A stretch of 64,000 bases of DNA from Trichoplax adhaerens (lineage: Eukaryota; Animalia; Placozoa). A program made the position numbers and the translations under genes. This document shows, piece after piece, positions 13,562 through 27,489 of this stretch. The notes below the pieces were generated by a model. That model saw only the letters and a list, made by a program, of their open reading frames with translations. It made no database searches and was not told where the DNA came from. Location: contig NW_002060976.1 of NCBI RefSeq assembly GCF_000150275.1, positions 5,626 through 69,625 on the forward strand. The letters run 5' to 3'. The stretch's first letter is position 1. Each line of letters begins with the position of its first letter.

Positions 13562-16500
13562 CTATGCTATTGAATTACTGGTAACTCTTTCCAGAATACT
13601 ATAAGATGGATAAAAATCTCTGCAAATAAGTATACTTTGATCGTTATTACTTTTAATCTGCGAATTTGTATTTAGTTGTGGTGACTGAAAAACTTGCACA
13701 ATATCCATTGTATCTGTTCTGTGAACATAAATTTTGCCATTATTTACGTAAATAAAGTAATCGGAACCCCATAAATTATCGACAAAGCATAGATTTATGC
13801 GGAAATATCGAATAAAATTTAGGCTGCCTTTGACATATAGAACTTCCTCGTGGCTATAAATCTATAATGATTATAAATAGAGTATGAATTAGGATAAAAT
13901 GATAGTAGTAAGATACGATACTAGACGACATACCACAAAATTCTCCCCTTTTTTCGTAAAGAAAAGTATGCCATTGCCAATCTTGCTTGCTTCACAATTC
14001 TATATATTAATCAACAATAGTACATATTTTATAGCATCACAACATTACCGAAGGTAACAAAAACTATGGCATTAAAGTTAGCTCTTCGATGTTAAAACAT
14101 TGTTAGATTTGATTTCTTTAATGTGGAAAAGATACGCTTAATCTTTTAGTAGTTATGTTAGTATTGATATACAGCAATTAAAATGATTCACAGTCAATTT
14201 AATTCAATCCCCTATATAATATTTTCAGTTACCATAAACAGATTCCATTCCTTCTCGAATTTTATGGATGGTTTATTGGTGCCATTTATTTCAATTAAAT
14301 CGGAGAAAGAGACTCGTGGTCTCTTGGTGGTTAATATTGATATGTAGCTTGAATCTTTACGATAATTTGACCATTTACTGTGATTCATAATAATTTCTCC
14401 ATTGTAAAAGAAATATTGCTAAGCAAAAAATGGAGATATACAATCACGAGATTTATATCGTTTGTTTCATGCCACGACGTTACATAAAAAATCTATTTTT
14501 ATTACGACTGTTGAATATCAGATAATACTGCAATCAAGCTTTCAATTTACGCTCGATACTTCAGACGGAATATGTAAGGTACAATGGAAATATCGCGTAT
14601 ATTATACTTGCAAGGTGAATAATGAAATGTGTTTGGAACCATTAACTGTATTTTTCGACTTGGGCGTTAATAAAATACATTAAACCCGGTTTTATAGTCT
14701 AAAGATAGCTGTACTGTAAAATATAGGTCACTACATAAACATACTGTATACCTTAATATAATGTTTCTGGTCAGATTGTCGACAATAAAAGATCAAGTTA
14801 TTGTCATCGAGGTAAACACGAGTTTCAATATGATTGTCATCGCTCGTAAGAGAAGTTAATAAGTCTCCAGTTTCGAAATGAAATATGGAAATGTATAGAA
14901 TCTAGTAATAGGTAATTAATTAATATATATTCCGTACATGCCAATTGTTTGAGTTATGAAGCATAAAGGCCTAGCGATACTATACCTTTCTTGGTATCCA
15001 CTTCGCAAAAACCAGATTGTCTTCGGATTTTTGAAACAGAAATTCAGTACGGCACTTGGTAACATCCAAAGTAAAAACGAGGTTCTGTGTCCATTTTTTA
15101 ATATTGATGGATGGGAAACTACGCATCTGGCAATTTGTAAGCAATGATAATAAATAATAAATGAAGACATAAGTAGTTTGCAATAAAATGAAATTACTCC
15201 TTCATTGATTAGTATAGCTTTTATGACTTATTTAATTAAAGGTGAGAGCAAATTAAACTCATTTATTGTCAAAATTGATCGAATAAAATATTTTGGATCA
15301 GAACAACCTTATGCAATAAAACGGTGTTCTAGTTATCGCTACCAAAAGAATTTCCGTTAAATCACCGAAATTATATAAATAACTATAGAAAATTTCCATA
15401 AATAGCTTCATTTTGATTAGGATATCACAATTGAGCATATTCTGCGCGGAGTTGTTATGTCAATATACCGTTAAATATGTGTGCCAGTGGCTATTTGATA
15501 ATGATGTACAATTTTCTTCTGTACATTTGTAAATTTCCTCAATAAGAACTGCTGACATTTCGTTGTGGAAATACTGCTTATAAGAAGTTCCCAAATTTGA
15601 TATACTTTTTCTTCTAAGTTTACAAGAATATTTATCCATTCCCCGATTAATCTTCATCTAAAACGTTATTAAGGATGATTTTAATATCATTTGTGTGAAT
15701 CTATGCATATTTCCAGTGATTTTTTAAATGTTCAAATATATACCTCAAGGAGGGTATTTCCTTGCAGATCAGTTTTCACCTTACTTATAACTGGTACACC
15801 ATTAACAAATGCAAAATCAGCTTCGATAACTCTGTAATCCACCTTTCTACTGTCGTAAACTTTTTTTGATGGGCATAATTCTGCATTATTAAGGTGAAAA
15901 AAATACACTACTTGTGCCATTTCGTTGTATGCAGTTAATGTGCCACTGTTAAGAAATTCTATATAAGCTGTTCCTGTATTACACTTTATCCAATTTTTTC
16001 TGGTTATTGTTCTTCCTTGAAACTGAAATACCTAAAATAATTATAGAATTCTAATATTACTAGAGTTAAAATAACTCATTACAAAGAGTGCAGGAGTATC
16101 CATATCTTCAGGTGAAAGTTTACGATTTAGTTTAGATCACAACATCCTTACCAAGATATCATTCACCAATCCTGAATTAACCAGAGCAGCAGCAAGCCGT
16201 TCAGTATCCGAGATAGCTACGCTATTAATGAAAGAACCTCCAAATATCTTCTGGAAAACTTCAGAAAACCCTTCAACGAGGTTAAGTGATTTTTTTTTTC
16301 CAAAATTTAAATGCAAAATTCCCAATATAAATCCATAATTTAAAAATATTATGCTATCAGAAGCCGCCTTAACACTTTCTAAATTGCAAATAGTTCCAGT
16401 TATTGAACTATCAGGAATGGCTTTACAGCCATTTAAATCTATGAATTCTGGAACTTCAAGGATTGAGTAGTCTAGGAGATTTTCAACTTCTAGAATCTGT

Positions 16501-19500
16501 GCAAAATTTATTAAATAAATTCTTATGTTTAAGAATAACTACCATACTGCATCCGTTAGAATAAATATTTTAACTTCGCTTAGTTACTATCGGCTTTTTC
16601 AACTTTAAACTCATGAGTTAAAAATTTCAGAATATCATTAATACTGTGAATGGTAGCTTATTAAACCTTGATTTGGCAAGTACTTATGTGTTCGGAGATA
16701 AACTTTCGATCACCGAAGGATTCAGGATTTTTTCTATACCATAATAGTAACTTTGAGGAATTTGAAATGAATTCGACTCCCTGTATCTTGAAAGGTTGCT
16801 TTAAGGAAGATTCTTGCACGATCACTTTATCGTCATCTATTATCCATAACTAATCGTAAATTGTAATTTTTCAGTCGCCAAAATAAAATGAGTCAGCTCA
16901 AGGAGGTAAATTTAATATGTTACTTTAAATAAAAATTGGACATTTTTGATGGGTTATACTGCAGGGTCATTGGAAATCAAATTTATATTGAGTAATATTG
17001 ATTAGAGTTCGTTATTCAAATCGCATGTTAATGGGCTGATTAATCAATTTACCAGTAGTTTCGATTAAGATGAATTTAATAATTAATTGCTATACTGTAC
17101 TGTCGTAATGGTAATGCTAATATAAAATCTCTGCAATTATTTTATAATGCCAAACATTTGCCGGAAATGTTTACCTCAAGCTTTCTTTTATTAGAAGATA
17201 TTGTAACCAACAAATGGCTTTGACACGTAGAAAACTTCAGATTGTCAGCTTCTAAAATGCAGCTCATGGCATGATCATTTATGATAAAATTTAATTTAAT
17301 ATGGTCTTTAACATTCCACATTTCCCAGTTTCTGCTTCCTGTGTCTTCTGGTTGAGTCTAGCTGATTGATATTGATATTAGTAACGTTATATTTTTTGTT
17401 AGCTAAATATTTTATTCTTTAATATAATTGATGCCTTTAAAATGTAATTTGCTACATCAAAAATTTATAGTTTGAAATTTTTAGTATTTCAAAACGTACG
17501 TTAATAGACAGGAAACAATAAGCTAAATAATTCCCATTTTGTGAAATTCTAACGCTCACGACTCGAACATTCTCTAAGTGATGCGTGAAACGAGTCTCAG
17601 CTTTGCCAGACTCCTTTACCTTAAGACCATTAAATCATCAACGAAAGAGATTATCGGCTAATTTTTAAAAGATTGAGATTTTACCTAGAGTAATGTACTT
17701 ACTAAAACTGTGGGATTCATGGAGTCATTTTCTTTGCAAGAAGCAACCATCAGGGTATCAGAAGAGAGATTTAAACATTTTGGAACTGGATCATATGTGC
17801 AGGTCCCTGTACGTAGCGACTGTATCCATTCGCTATAATAGCTATTTTCTGTGTGACTGAGTGTGTACATAGAGGAAACAAGATATATATGATCCTTATC
17901 GAAATTTCAATAAGAAATTTATAAAAAGAGTACTTTTATATATCAACCTGATAATAGTATAGAAATAGTCCCTTTTATTACTTCTTTTCTTGGCGATGTT
18001 TAGTGCTTCACCGTATAGCCAGCTCGTTGAACTACTAGCTGATAGCAAGAACTGTATGAAATCGAGAGCTTCTAAATGAATATAAGAGCAATGCCGCTGG
18101 AGATGCGAACAAATATCTTTCAAACCGCTAATATCTGATTTCTAGATACCATGAAAAAGTTATGTAATCAGACATATGGATTTGGACTATGTCACAATGA
18201 GAATCTACTTCTTATGGAAGACTTTATTAATTCTGTGACTTATGTTATAGCTGTAGATTTTGGTATAGGACTATACTACGATGTAATAGTTGTTTACATT
18301 TTCTTTTAAGACATTGAAGGTCGTATCGGAAATACAAATCTATATTATTGCTGTAATTTTTTTATTTGGTTACAATATACTGTAATGCAAATAGTTACTT
18401 ACTTTTTCTTTTAAAACTCTTTGACACGACTGTAGCTGCAATATGAGATTAGATACCGATTGAGAAGCCCTGAGATTGATATCAATCCACTCTATATCTG
18501 TAGCGATACGTTGGATTGTTTCTGCATCGTCAGTGTAAATAGCGTGTTCCACAAGATTCTTACAAAAGTAGCCATCATCTTCAAAGTCTTGCCAGTTTAC
18601 ACGGTATTTAAAATAGGTTTTGGCGATAAGATCTCTATTTAAGTCTCTCCAAAAGTCTGCTTTGGAATCGATCATAGACGATTCAGAGGAAGTCCGCAAA
18701 TAGTCAATCAGTNNNNNNNNNNNNNNNNNNNNNNNNNNNNNNNNNNNNNNNNNNNNNNNNNNNNNNNNNNNNNNNNNNNNNNNNNNNNNNNNNNNNNNNN
18801 NNNNNNNNNNNNNNNNNNNNNNNNNNNNNNNNNNNNNNNNNNNNNNNNNNNNNNNNNNNNNNNNNNNNNNNNNNNNNNNNNNNNNNNNNNNNNNNNNNNN
18901 NNNNNNNNNNNNNNNNNNNNNNNNNNNNNNNNNNNNNNNNNNNNNNNNNNNNNNNNNNNNNNNNNNNNNNNNNNNNNNNNNNNNNNNNNNNNNNNNNNNN
19001 NNNNNNNNNNNNNNNNNNNNNNNNNNNNNNNNNNNNNNNNNNNNNNNNNNNNNNNNNNNNNNNNNNNNNNNNNNNNNNNNNNNNNNNNNNNNNNNNNNNN
19101 NNNNNNNNNNNNNNNNNNNNNNNNNNNNNNNNNNNNNNNNNNNNNNNNNNNNNNNNNNNNNNNNNNNNNNNNNNNNNNNNNNNNNNNNNNNNNNNNNNNN
19201 NNNNNNNNNNNNNNNNNNNNNNNNNNNNNNNNNNNNNNNNNNNTTACAGACCAGCCGCTGGTATTTGACGCATGCGCTTTAAATAAAATTTTATCAAAGG
19301 GATCGTTTTTATTTTACGGTAGGAAATAACGTAGTTTTTCATAACTTTTTTATAAGAATATTTTAAAAAGTTGTGAACTAGAAATAAGTATACCTATGCC
19401 TTTTGCGACTCATGTGACGTATTATTTGCAAAGTTACTATCAAATTGAAATTCATCTTACCTCTTCTTATTTGAATTCCTTTCATAGGAAAACATCAAAA

Positions 19501-22500
19501 GTGATCGATCATGGAAATTACGCAATACCCTAGCGGTATCTTCTCTGCTAAGCTCCCAAAAGCTACCTATAATTCTCAAAGGTATGTTGCCTTTGATAAA
19601 AACCGCAAGTTTTCTAAGTAATATTTTTTCCGTTGCTGAGAGTTCTTCAATGCTAGCCGCAAATGTTTCGTATAAGTTGAACCGATAGTATGGAAGACTG
19701 ACAGCATCACTCCTTTGGATTTTACTTAAAACATTTCGCCATCCTTCTGCTGTTTCAATCCGCTGACCACCTATTAAGGCGATTGCTAGCGGCAAACCCT
19801 TGCAATAATCTATAATTTTTGAAATGTATTCACTTTCAAGGAAATCCTTTAAATTAAGACTGCTTTGATAGGAGTGTAGAACATGGACAGCTTCATTAAA
19901 GGTGAAGTTCTCCTAAACATGAATTAGTAATTATGGTTTTTATAATTCTATTTGCATTCATTTAAGCTACAAATACGGAATGGATTATATAGGATACAAA
20001 TATTAGGTTATACCGATGCTTTGACAACATGGTTATGCATCGACTTCATGAAATCAGTTTGTAGTCGTGAGATAACAATTGCCTTGGCCGTAAATTTTAA
20101 ATACTTTATGTAATTTTCGGACCATATGTCATCAAATATAAAAAGGATCTCTGACGTACTTCCATATTTCTCTGAAAATCAGATATAAGGGTTATTTTAT
20201 AACACTTTGTCGATGATGAATACATCATACTGTAATACTGTTCTCATAGATGACTGATCAGTGTGCGTATCGTTGACTGGCAAGCAAAATTTATGAATGA
20301 AATTACTTAAATTTATTCTCTTTAGACCCTTTATAAATCTTATTTCAGGTCTAACCTCATACATTAACCATCACATGATATAGTATCTCTATTTGTCACA
20401 GCGAATATTGTAGAGCCGTAAAGACGTAGTTAATTAATTAAAAGAAACTAGATTCTGTATTACGGATAGCTGAATAGTCATTATAAGTAGTTACTGGCTA
20501 TGTTCACTCGTAATTACATTTTACTCAACAGATATAGAATGTTCGAGGTACCTACTGCCGATTTATGCTTTATCTATATAGTGAAGTAAATCTAAAATTT
20601 ACTACTACTTCGTTATTAAAAAGGCTAATGCCGTTTTCTTTATACATTTCGTTCAATAAAGTACGTAAAAAATATTAAAAATATGAAAGCATAAGTTTAA
20701 TTTATCTCGCTAGCACTTTTAAAGATTGTAATAGGCTGAGCAGAACATCCGAACGATGTCTAGACTTACCATATAGTGCTCCTTCTATTGCATTACAAAA
20801 TTCAGGCAAAGACTTTCGGAGCTCATTAGGTATATTAATACTTATTTCATATGTTAATTTGTTTAATATCTGCAAAAGTTTGTCTTCATTGATATTACCT
20901 GTGAAGTATGAAAATGCAGATTGATAAAATATCGCTTATTCGTAATGTGCTTAATTGTGAGGTGCTAAAATTATTGATTTTTCGGCTGTCACTATTCTAT
21001 TACAAATAAGTGAAAGAGCATATCATGAACTTAATAAAACATTTATTTTATGACTAATTAAAGATCTTAGACTAACTTATATATAGTTTAATTGCTAGTA
21101 TTTTTATTCTCTAATGCAACCTATGGTTATCCACCGAATTGCATGCCGAAAATTTTTCGGATTTTTTTCCACCAACAGCTTCACTGCTTGGCTTACCGCG
21201 AATGTCTTACCGCATCCACCTATTCCATACACTAAGACATGTCCACTATTATACTGAATTTTGGTTAAAGCTTCCAGTATTCGATCTTGAAAATCTTTTC
21301 TTACTATTAAGTGTTCTGTTGTTCCAATATGGGGAACATGTTGAAGGATCTCTTAGACATAAAGATAAAAGTGAATCGTTTAGCGATCACTGTACTTCTT
21401 TGTTATCATATATTTGTGAAACGATGATACGGAATAAGTGACAAAGATTTTCAGAATGGATATTCTTCTGCTAGTGCTACAACATTCAAACTAGGCGGAT
21501 AATGATTACAAATTTTACAACATTTCCAGCTTTTATTAACGCCAGTTATACTGCTACGTGTTGATCACTCGACATATTTTACAAATGTCTGCTTGGCATG
21601 CTCATAAAACTCCTGCGGTAATGCAGACGTAGTTCTGTTATTTAATTAATGCCGTAACTTTAAGTTATGGGTTCAATTATCATCATTTACTCACCACCCT
21701 TTGCAGTATCGGTTCTTATCTCTTCCATAAAACTATATTAAAACATTTTACGATACTTGCCTTCATAATAATATAATACAATATATAGTGCAAGGTTATG
21801 GGAACTTTACGTCTCAAACGTTAAGTCTGATTTTAATATATTCAATATTTGTTAAGAAACGTCATTTCTCTCAAATACAAGGAGTTGCTTGTTAAAGAGA
21901 TGTCATATTATTTCTTATTTAACTCGAAGCAAAGTTAATGTCAGAAGATCTATCAAAACCTCGAAATTATAACTAATGAGATCCTTTACTTCCGTTATGA
22001 TACGTTCCTAAAAACTTTTAAAAAGCATTAGAAATTATAGCTTTTATGGTAAAAGTCCTGCTGGTGTGGTTCTAATATTATAATTTACTAAATTTATGGC
22101 ATTTACGTTACGCACATTAGCTGTGGAGCTATAGGGATCGTTAGCCCGTGAGTTGAGCTATTTCTTACTATAAAACAAACTTAGCGAAATTGTTTTACCG
22201 GCTATAACTTTAACTTTTGTAATATCTACAGAGTCGTTTTTGGCTTACGCTAAATACACGCTGCAATTTTTACTCACCTAGTGTGTTGGGATCTTTTGTT
22301 GGCATCCTAGCTTTCCTACTGTTGATATCTTTAACTAGGGCAAGCAAATCTGCATTGAAGCGCAATAAGTTTTTGGTATCCTGATGTACCGCATCAATTT
22401 GAAGTTGCATATCCCGAGACTTTGACTCATGACGCTTAAGTTCTGCATAAATCGGGTTTATCAGTAGTTCAACTTCTGTTTTAGTAGGCAGCTGTGTTAG

Positions 22501-23592
22501 CTGGTCTAAAGCATCTTTCACTTGATTACAGAATTCTTGCCAGCGATCTATTTTCTCCGCTAAGTTTCGTATGTCTTTTACTGCATCCATGATTAGTCCC
22601 GTTTTACTATCACATAAACTCATTTTCAGTAAGTAAATGCTGTAGCTACTTAAAGATTCAATATCAACCACTTTACTCAGCTGACTTTCACATATATTGG
22701 ATTTTAAGTCAGCAGGGTGTAAAGTTTCTAGGCTATATTCTTCTGAATCTACTTTAGAATCTTTACTTGATGGTATAAAACTAAAGCATGGCTCGGCTAG
22801 TAGAGACGATTTACGATTTCCCCAAATTTTTTCGTATTGTTTCTCGAAGTCTTTTCGATGACACGTGATCCTCTGATTTTCTATAAGCACTGGCAGCAAC
22901 TTTAACAAATTACCACAGGTTATTTCCCGGTCCGTTCCATTGTAATTTATTTTTAGTACTTTAGACGACTTTTTTGATTCTCCTTCGAATAATCCAGTAA
23001 TGCCTATCCTTGCTACTTCCAATACTTCAGAGAAAGTGGTTTCATGTGCTTTCACAATGCATCTTGCATCATCTGCAAGCTTATTTTTAGATACATAATT
23101 GAGAACCCTGTTAACGATAGCGTTTGTCAATACTTCCTTATTAGAAGTTGCATCTGCTTCTGTAATCATGATGATTTGATTCTGAAACATTCTGCAAACG
23201 TCACAAACGATCAGTGATACTATCAAAAGAATTGAATGATGACAAGTATCCAAGGCATCAGTAATCTTGCGAGCTTTATCCTTTGCAAGTTTTCTTTTAA
23301 TTTGATACGATGTATAGGAAATCACAGATAGTCCTATATTTACCGGCAAGGCGATTTCAGATCCCAGTAAGGAAACTATAGGTTTCACCAAGTCATTAAT
23401 AAGTCTTTGAAAATTAGTTACGGGGATATCTTTATCTCCTTTTGCTATAGCTGAATATAGAGTGATTTTTGCTATGAACTTGTTAATACAGCTGATCATA
23501 AAGTTTTTTAGTAATCGTTCATGTTTACTACCAAGGTAGAAGGCTTTCGCAGAACTACAGCTTTGATTCATTTCATCTTCGCTTGCAGACAT
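13562..23592 (-). CDS. Apaf-1-like NB-ARC protein, copy B: novel ~438-aa N-terminal module + NB-ARC + helical domain + degenerate WD40/beta-propeller; about 19 exons
   Basis: Exon 1 is 23592-22278 (donor G|GTGAGT), in phase 1 with exon 21351-~21121 (EILQHVPHIGTTEH...VYGIGGCGKTFAVSQAV). Walker B ILFIFDDIW at ~20120-20150; CKGLPLAIALIGG at ~19770-19805; FEDDGYFCKNLVEHA at ~18540-18590; WD-like VRISQNGNYLAY at ~17510-17560. The last exon ...LICRDFYPSYSILERVTSNSIA* ends at TAG 13564-13562. The LHD motif falls in the assembly gap. Confidence 0.85.
18713..19243. other. Assembly gap (N run) within copy B
   Basis: 531 consecutive N. Confidence 0.99.
22278..23592 (-). CDS. Single large first exon of copy B encoding the same uncharacterised N-terminal module
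   Basis: 440-aa ORF ending ...NTL-G|GTGAGT (consensus donor, phase 1); paralogue of 9296-10676. Confidence 0.85.
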
Positions 23593-24988
23593 TTCGAAAA
23601 CTGAACCGCCTAATCGAAAAATTTGTTAATAAGTAAGCAACAAATTAAAGAATAAGGGCGTTTTATTTTCGCGCAGTAACGTAAGACGTAAAGATTATAA
23701 AAGAATTACATGATGGAAAATGATTTGTCTTCAGAGAACTTACGTTATCAGATGATGGCACAATAAAATCAGTTTCTACTAAAGTAAAGAAATGGGCTGA
23801 TATTCATATGGCTCCCTAAATAACATATTTGATAGATGACAGTTTCAAAAAATCGCGATGCTTAAGAATAACAACTTTGAGTTACTTCACGTGATGCCAC
23901 CTGATCGAGATCTTAATGCTTAAGAAAACAAAATGTAATAATTATTTTAAGCGACGAGAATGCACAGTATTTAATTTTATAAGTACAGTACACATTAATG
24001 TTTACAATCCTATCACTCTATTACTGCTATTGATTTATAATCCATGACGCCGTATTCATGTCAATGCATGAAGTACGAAATCATGACGGATATGAAATTC
24101 TAGAAGTTTATCAAATATCGTTTCAAGAAATTTTATTGAGATATACCTACCTGTCAATCTACTGTCCAATACTTTTTATTTGTAAAGCGAATGGTCCATT
24201 GTTGAATTAGGTGAGCAACGTACAATGTATTTACTATTCGTAAATATACCGTGCTTTACTGTATAGTGTAACCACAGTATATTCCATAAGTGCTAGGATA
24301 TTTCGTAATGTAGAACAGAAACGAAGTTTAAATGTTCGTTAATAAAAAAATTGGCTGAGATAAGAAATTTTACATTCTATCTAGTTAGTTTGATTACATT
24401 TTGTAACATGCGGTGACGCAAAATGACATTTTGTTTATTTATTATTTTATTTTAGTACCGCAATGGCATTTGTCTCAGTAATTAAAAATAATAGGAATAA
24501 TCTAATTATTATCTGCGTAAGCATGTCATGCTTTCTGTTAGTTACAAGTTGCTTCAAGCTTCAGAAAAGCTGTAATTGTCAATAAAATCTCTTAGCTTTA
24601 AAACAGAATAAAAATAGGTTACGTTAACGCGAATAAAACAGAGATAGTAAATCACTTTAAAACTCGTATTGTCAAAGAATATCGACTGATGTGAGATGTC
24701 TGATGTATAAATGGCAAGTACTTTTTGTCATTAGGTAATTTTAGTGAATAGAATATCGCTTTAGCCAGAACTTCATAACTACATAATAATATAGGAGCTG
24801 CATATTTCGGTCAAGGCAAGTACGAGGAGGCTATTTCTACGTATGAGAAGTCTCTTAAAATTACGTTGTCAGTCTTAGGTTATAATCATCCCAATGTTGC
24901 AAAATTATTTAAAAATTTAGGAGCTGTATATTTTAAACAAGGCATTCGTGAAGCGGCTACTTCTATGTATAAGAAGTCACTCAAATTA

Positions 24989-25014
24989 AGCAAAGCGACG
25001 GGAGTTTGCACTAG
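24989..25014 (+). mobile_element. Truncated Helitron-like 3' terminus
   Basis: AGCAAAGCGACGGGAGTTTGCACTAG followed by T; identical to the end at 33849-33874. Confidence 0.6.
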
Positions 25015-26056
25015 TGTCTATAATGATCAAAGCAAGCATGAAGAGGCTATTTCTATGTATGATAAGTTACTTAAAATTTCATTGTCGGTCTTTGGTCATA
25101 ATCGCGATATTGCTACATCATATAACATCGGAGCTGTATATTCTAATCAAGGCAAGCATAAAGAGGCTATTACTATGTTTGAGTAGTCTCTTAAAATTCC
25201 ATTATCAGTCTTTGATCATAATCATCCCGATATTGCCAAATCGTATAACAATATCGGAGCTGCATATTTGAATCAAGGAAAGCATGAAGAGGCTATTTCT
25301 ATATATGAGAAGTCACTTAAAGTTACATTTTCAGTCTTCGGTCATAATCATCCTGATGCTGTAAAATTATATAACAATTTACGAAATGGGTGTTTTGATC
25401 AAGGCAAGCATGAAGAGGTCATTTCTATATATGAGAAGTCACTCGAAATTAGATTGTCAGTCTTAGGTCGTAATCAACCGCATGTTGCTACATCATATAA
25501 CAATCTGGGAAATGTGCGCTTGCATCAAGGCAAGTATGAAGAGACTATTTCTATGTATGAGAAGTCGCTCAAAATAAGATTACCAGTCTTTGGTCTTAAT
25601 AACCTTGATGTTGCCAAATTATATAATAACATGGGAATTGCATGTAGATATCAAGGCAAGCATAAAGAGGCTATTTCTACGTTTGAGAAATCTCTAAAAA
25701 TTGCATTGTCAGTCTTAGGTCATAATCACCCGGATGCTGCTGTATCATATGGTAACATAGGAGAGGCACTTTGTAATCAAGGTACGCATGAAGCGGCTAT
25801 TTCTATGTTTGAGAAATCACTCAATATTACATGTCAGTCTTTGGTTATAATCACCCGGATATTGCCAAATCATATAGCAACATGGGAGCTGTGCATTTTA
25901 ATCAGGGCGAGCATGAAGAGGCTATTTCTGTATAAGAAGTTGCTCAAAATAATGTTATAAGCCTTTGGTCATAATCATCCCGATATTGCTGTATTATATA
26001 ACATCGGCTGCATATAGACATCAAAGCTAGCATGAAGAGGCTATTTCAATGTATAA

Positions 26057-26323
26057 TTTTAGTCTGTCCAGTAGCATTATTCTTCACATTAGGATATGCA
26101 GGGCAGATATTATAATTGCCGAATTATTATCAAAGACTGTAATAAGGTTTCATCCGTTAATGCATTATTGAAAAGTAGTATTCTAGAAGAATAGTTGTGA
26201 ATATAGTAGTGCCCGGCTATTACCGGGATATATATATTGTCGAATGGTAATACTATCTGTTAATTATTAACAAATGGGCACGTTATCGTAAACCGTCAGC
26301 AAAGCGACGGGAGTTTGTACTAG
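26057..26323 (+). mobile_element. Non-autonomous Helitron-like insertion in the TPR pseudogene
   Basis: About 270 bp of non-TPR sequence ending in hairpin CCGTC-AGCAAAGC-GACGG, a ~9-nt spacer and CTAG|T. The TPR frame resumes at a position where the consensus has A|T. The 5' end is not defined. Confidence 0.65.
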
Positions 26324-27489
26324 TATTACCAAATCATATAATAATCTAGGTAATGTGTACTTACTTCAACGAAGCACATAGAGGCTATTTCTATATATGA
26401 AAAGTCGCTTAAAATGAGATTATCAGCCTTTAGTTCTAGTCATTCTGATGTTGCTGCATCATATAACAATCTAGGAAATGTTTATGATGATCAAGGCAAG
26501 CATGAAGAGGCAATTTTTATGTACGAAAAGTCACTCAAAATTACATTATTAGTCTTTGGTCATAATCATCCCGATGTTGTCAAATCATATAACAACATGG
26601 GAGGTGTATATTATAATCAAAGCAAGCAAGAAGAGGCCGTTTCTATGTACGAAAAGTCACTCAAGATTAAATTGTCAGTCTTTAGTCGTGATCATCTCGG
26701 TGTCACTACGTCATATAACAATCTAGGATATGTGCATTTTCATCAGGGTAAGCTTGTAGAGGCTATTTCTATACGTCAGGGGCGGTCTAAAGGTGACATG
26801 GATTGATAAATTAGATCAAAAGAATATTCCAGGTCTTACCAATGAAGATGAAGTTAGTATGACATTTTTTATTTAATTTGACGGATCTTACAACTGGAAA
26901 GAATGACCGAGAAAGATATAAAGAACTGGTTTTAACGCTACACTTTCTTAGATTACAGCCAAATTCACAAGAATAAATGAAAGTAATTCAGCAAAAAGAT
27001 TTTGTATGATCTAACTGGATAGTAATTACCTAGATTGCATGTTCGGATATCAGCTGTGGGATTTAGAAACATTCCAGTACAGTAAGGATTTTTAGATGAA
27101 TTGAAAAATAGCGTCAAAGATGTTAGTGAGTTAGCTGGGCTAGAAGGAAAAACAGTGAAGAAATGATAAAAATTTAAAGACAGGTTGATTTTCGTTAAGT
27201 AAAAGTGAAAAATTGACATTAAAATTCAGGCATATGCGAAAAGGATGCCGTCAAATTTAGACTTTGATACTGGCCATCTAAAGTAGACTAATTTCTCAAT
27301 TTGTTGCTATTATAATGCGGTTATAATTTTACTATCCTTTAATTCAGCGATGCTCAATATTAGTTGTTACCGCTATTCCAACCTACATATTGCGTAATTT
27401 GATCTTAGTACTCTCATCATCTAAAATAGACTATTATATTATTATTTCTTTCATACGAACGAAATTTCATAAAGATTTAATTTGCTAAT

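Larger units (their letters stand above)
24640..26773 (+). pseudogene. Disrupted TPR protein gene with 42-aa (126-bp) kinesin-light-chain/NPHP3-type repeats
   Basis: About a dozen repeats of consensus HPDVAxSYNNxGxVYxxQGKHEEAISMYEKSLKIxLSVFG across ORFs 24866-25186, 25268-25960 and 26414-26806. In-frame stop TAG at 25184-25186, several frameshifts, and foreign sequence at ~24989-25014 and ~26057-26323. The 5' boundary is approximate. Confidence 0.85.

Noticed and set aside
24866-26806. TPR ORFs as an intact kinesin light chain or nephrocystin-3 gene
   Set aside because: No heptad or NTPase region; in-frame stops, frameshifts and insertions indicate a pseudogene of a lineage-expanded TPR family
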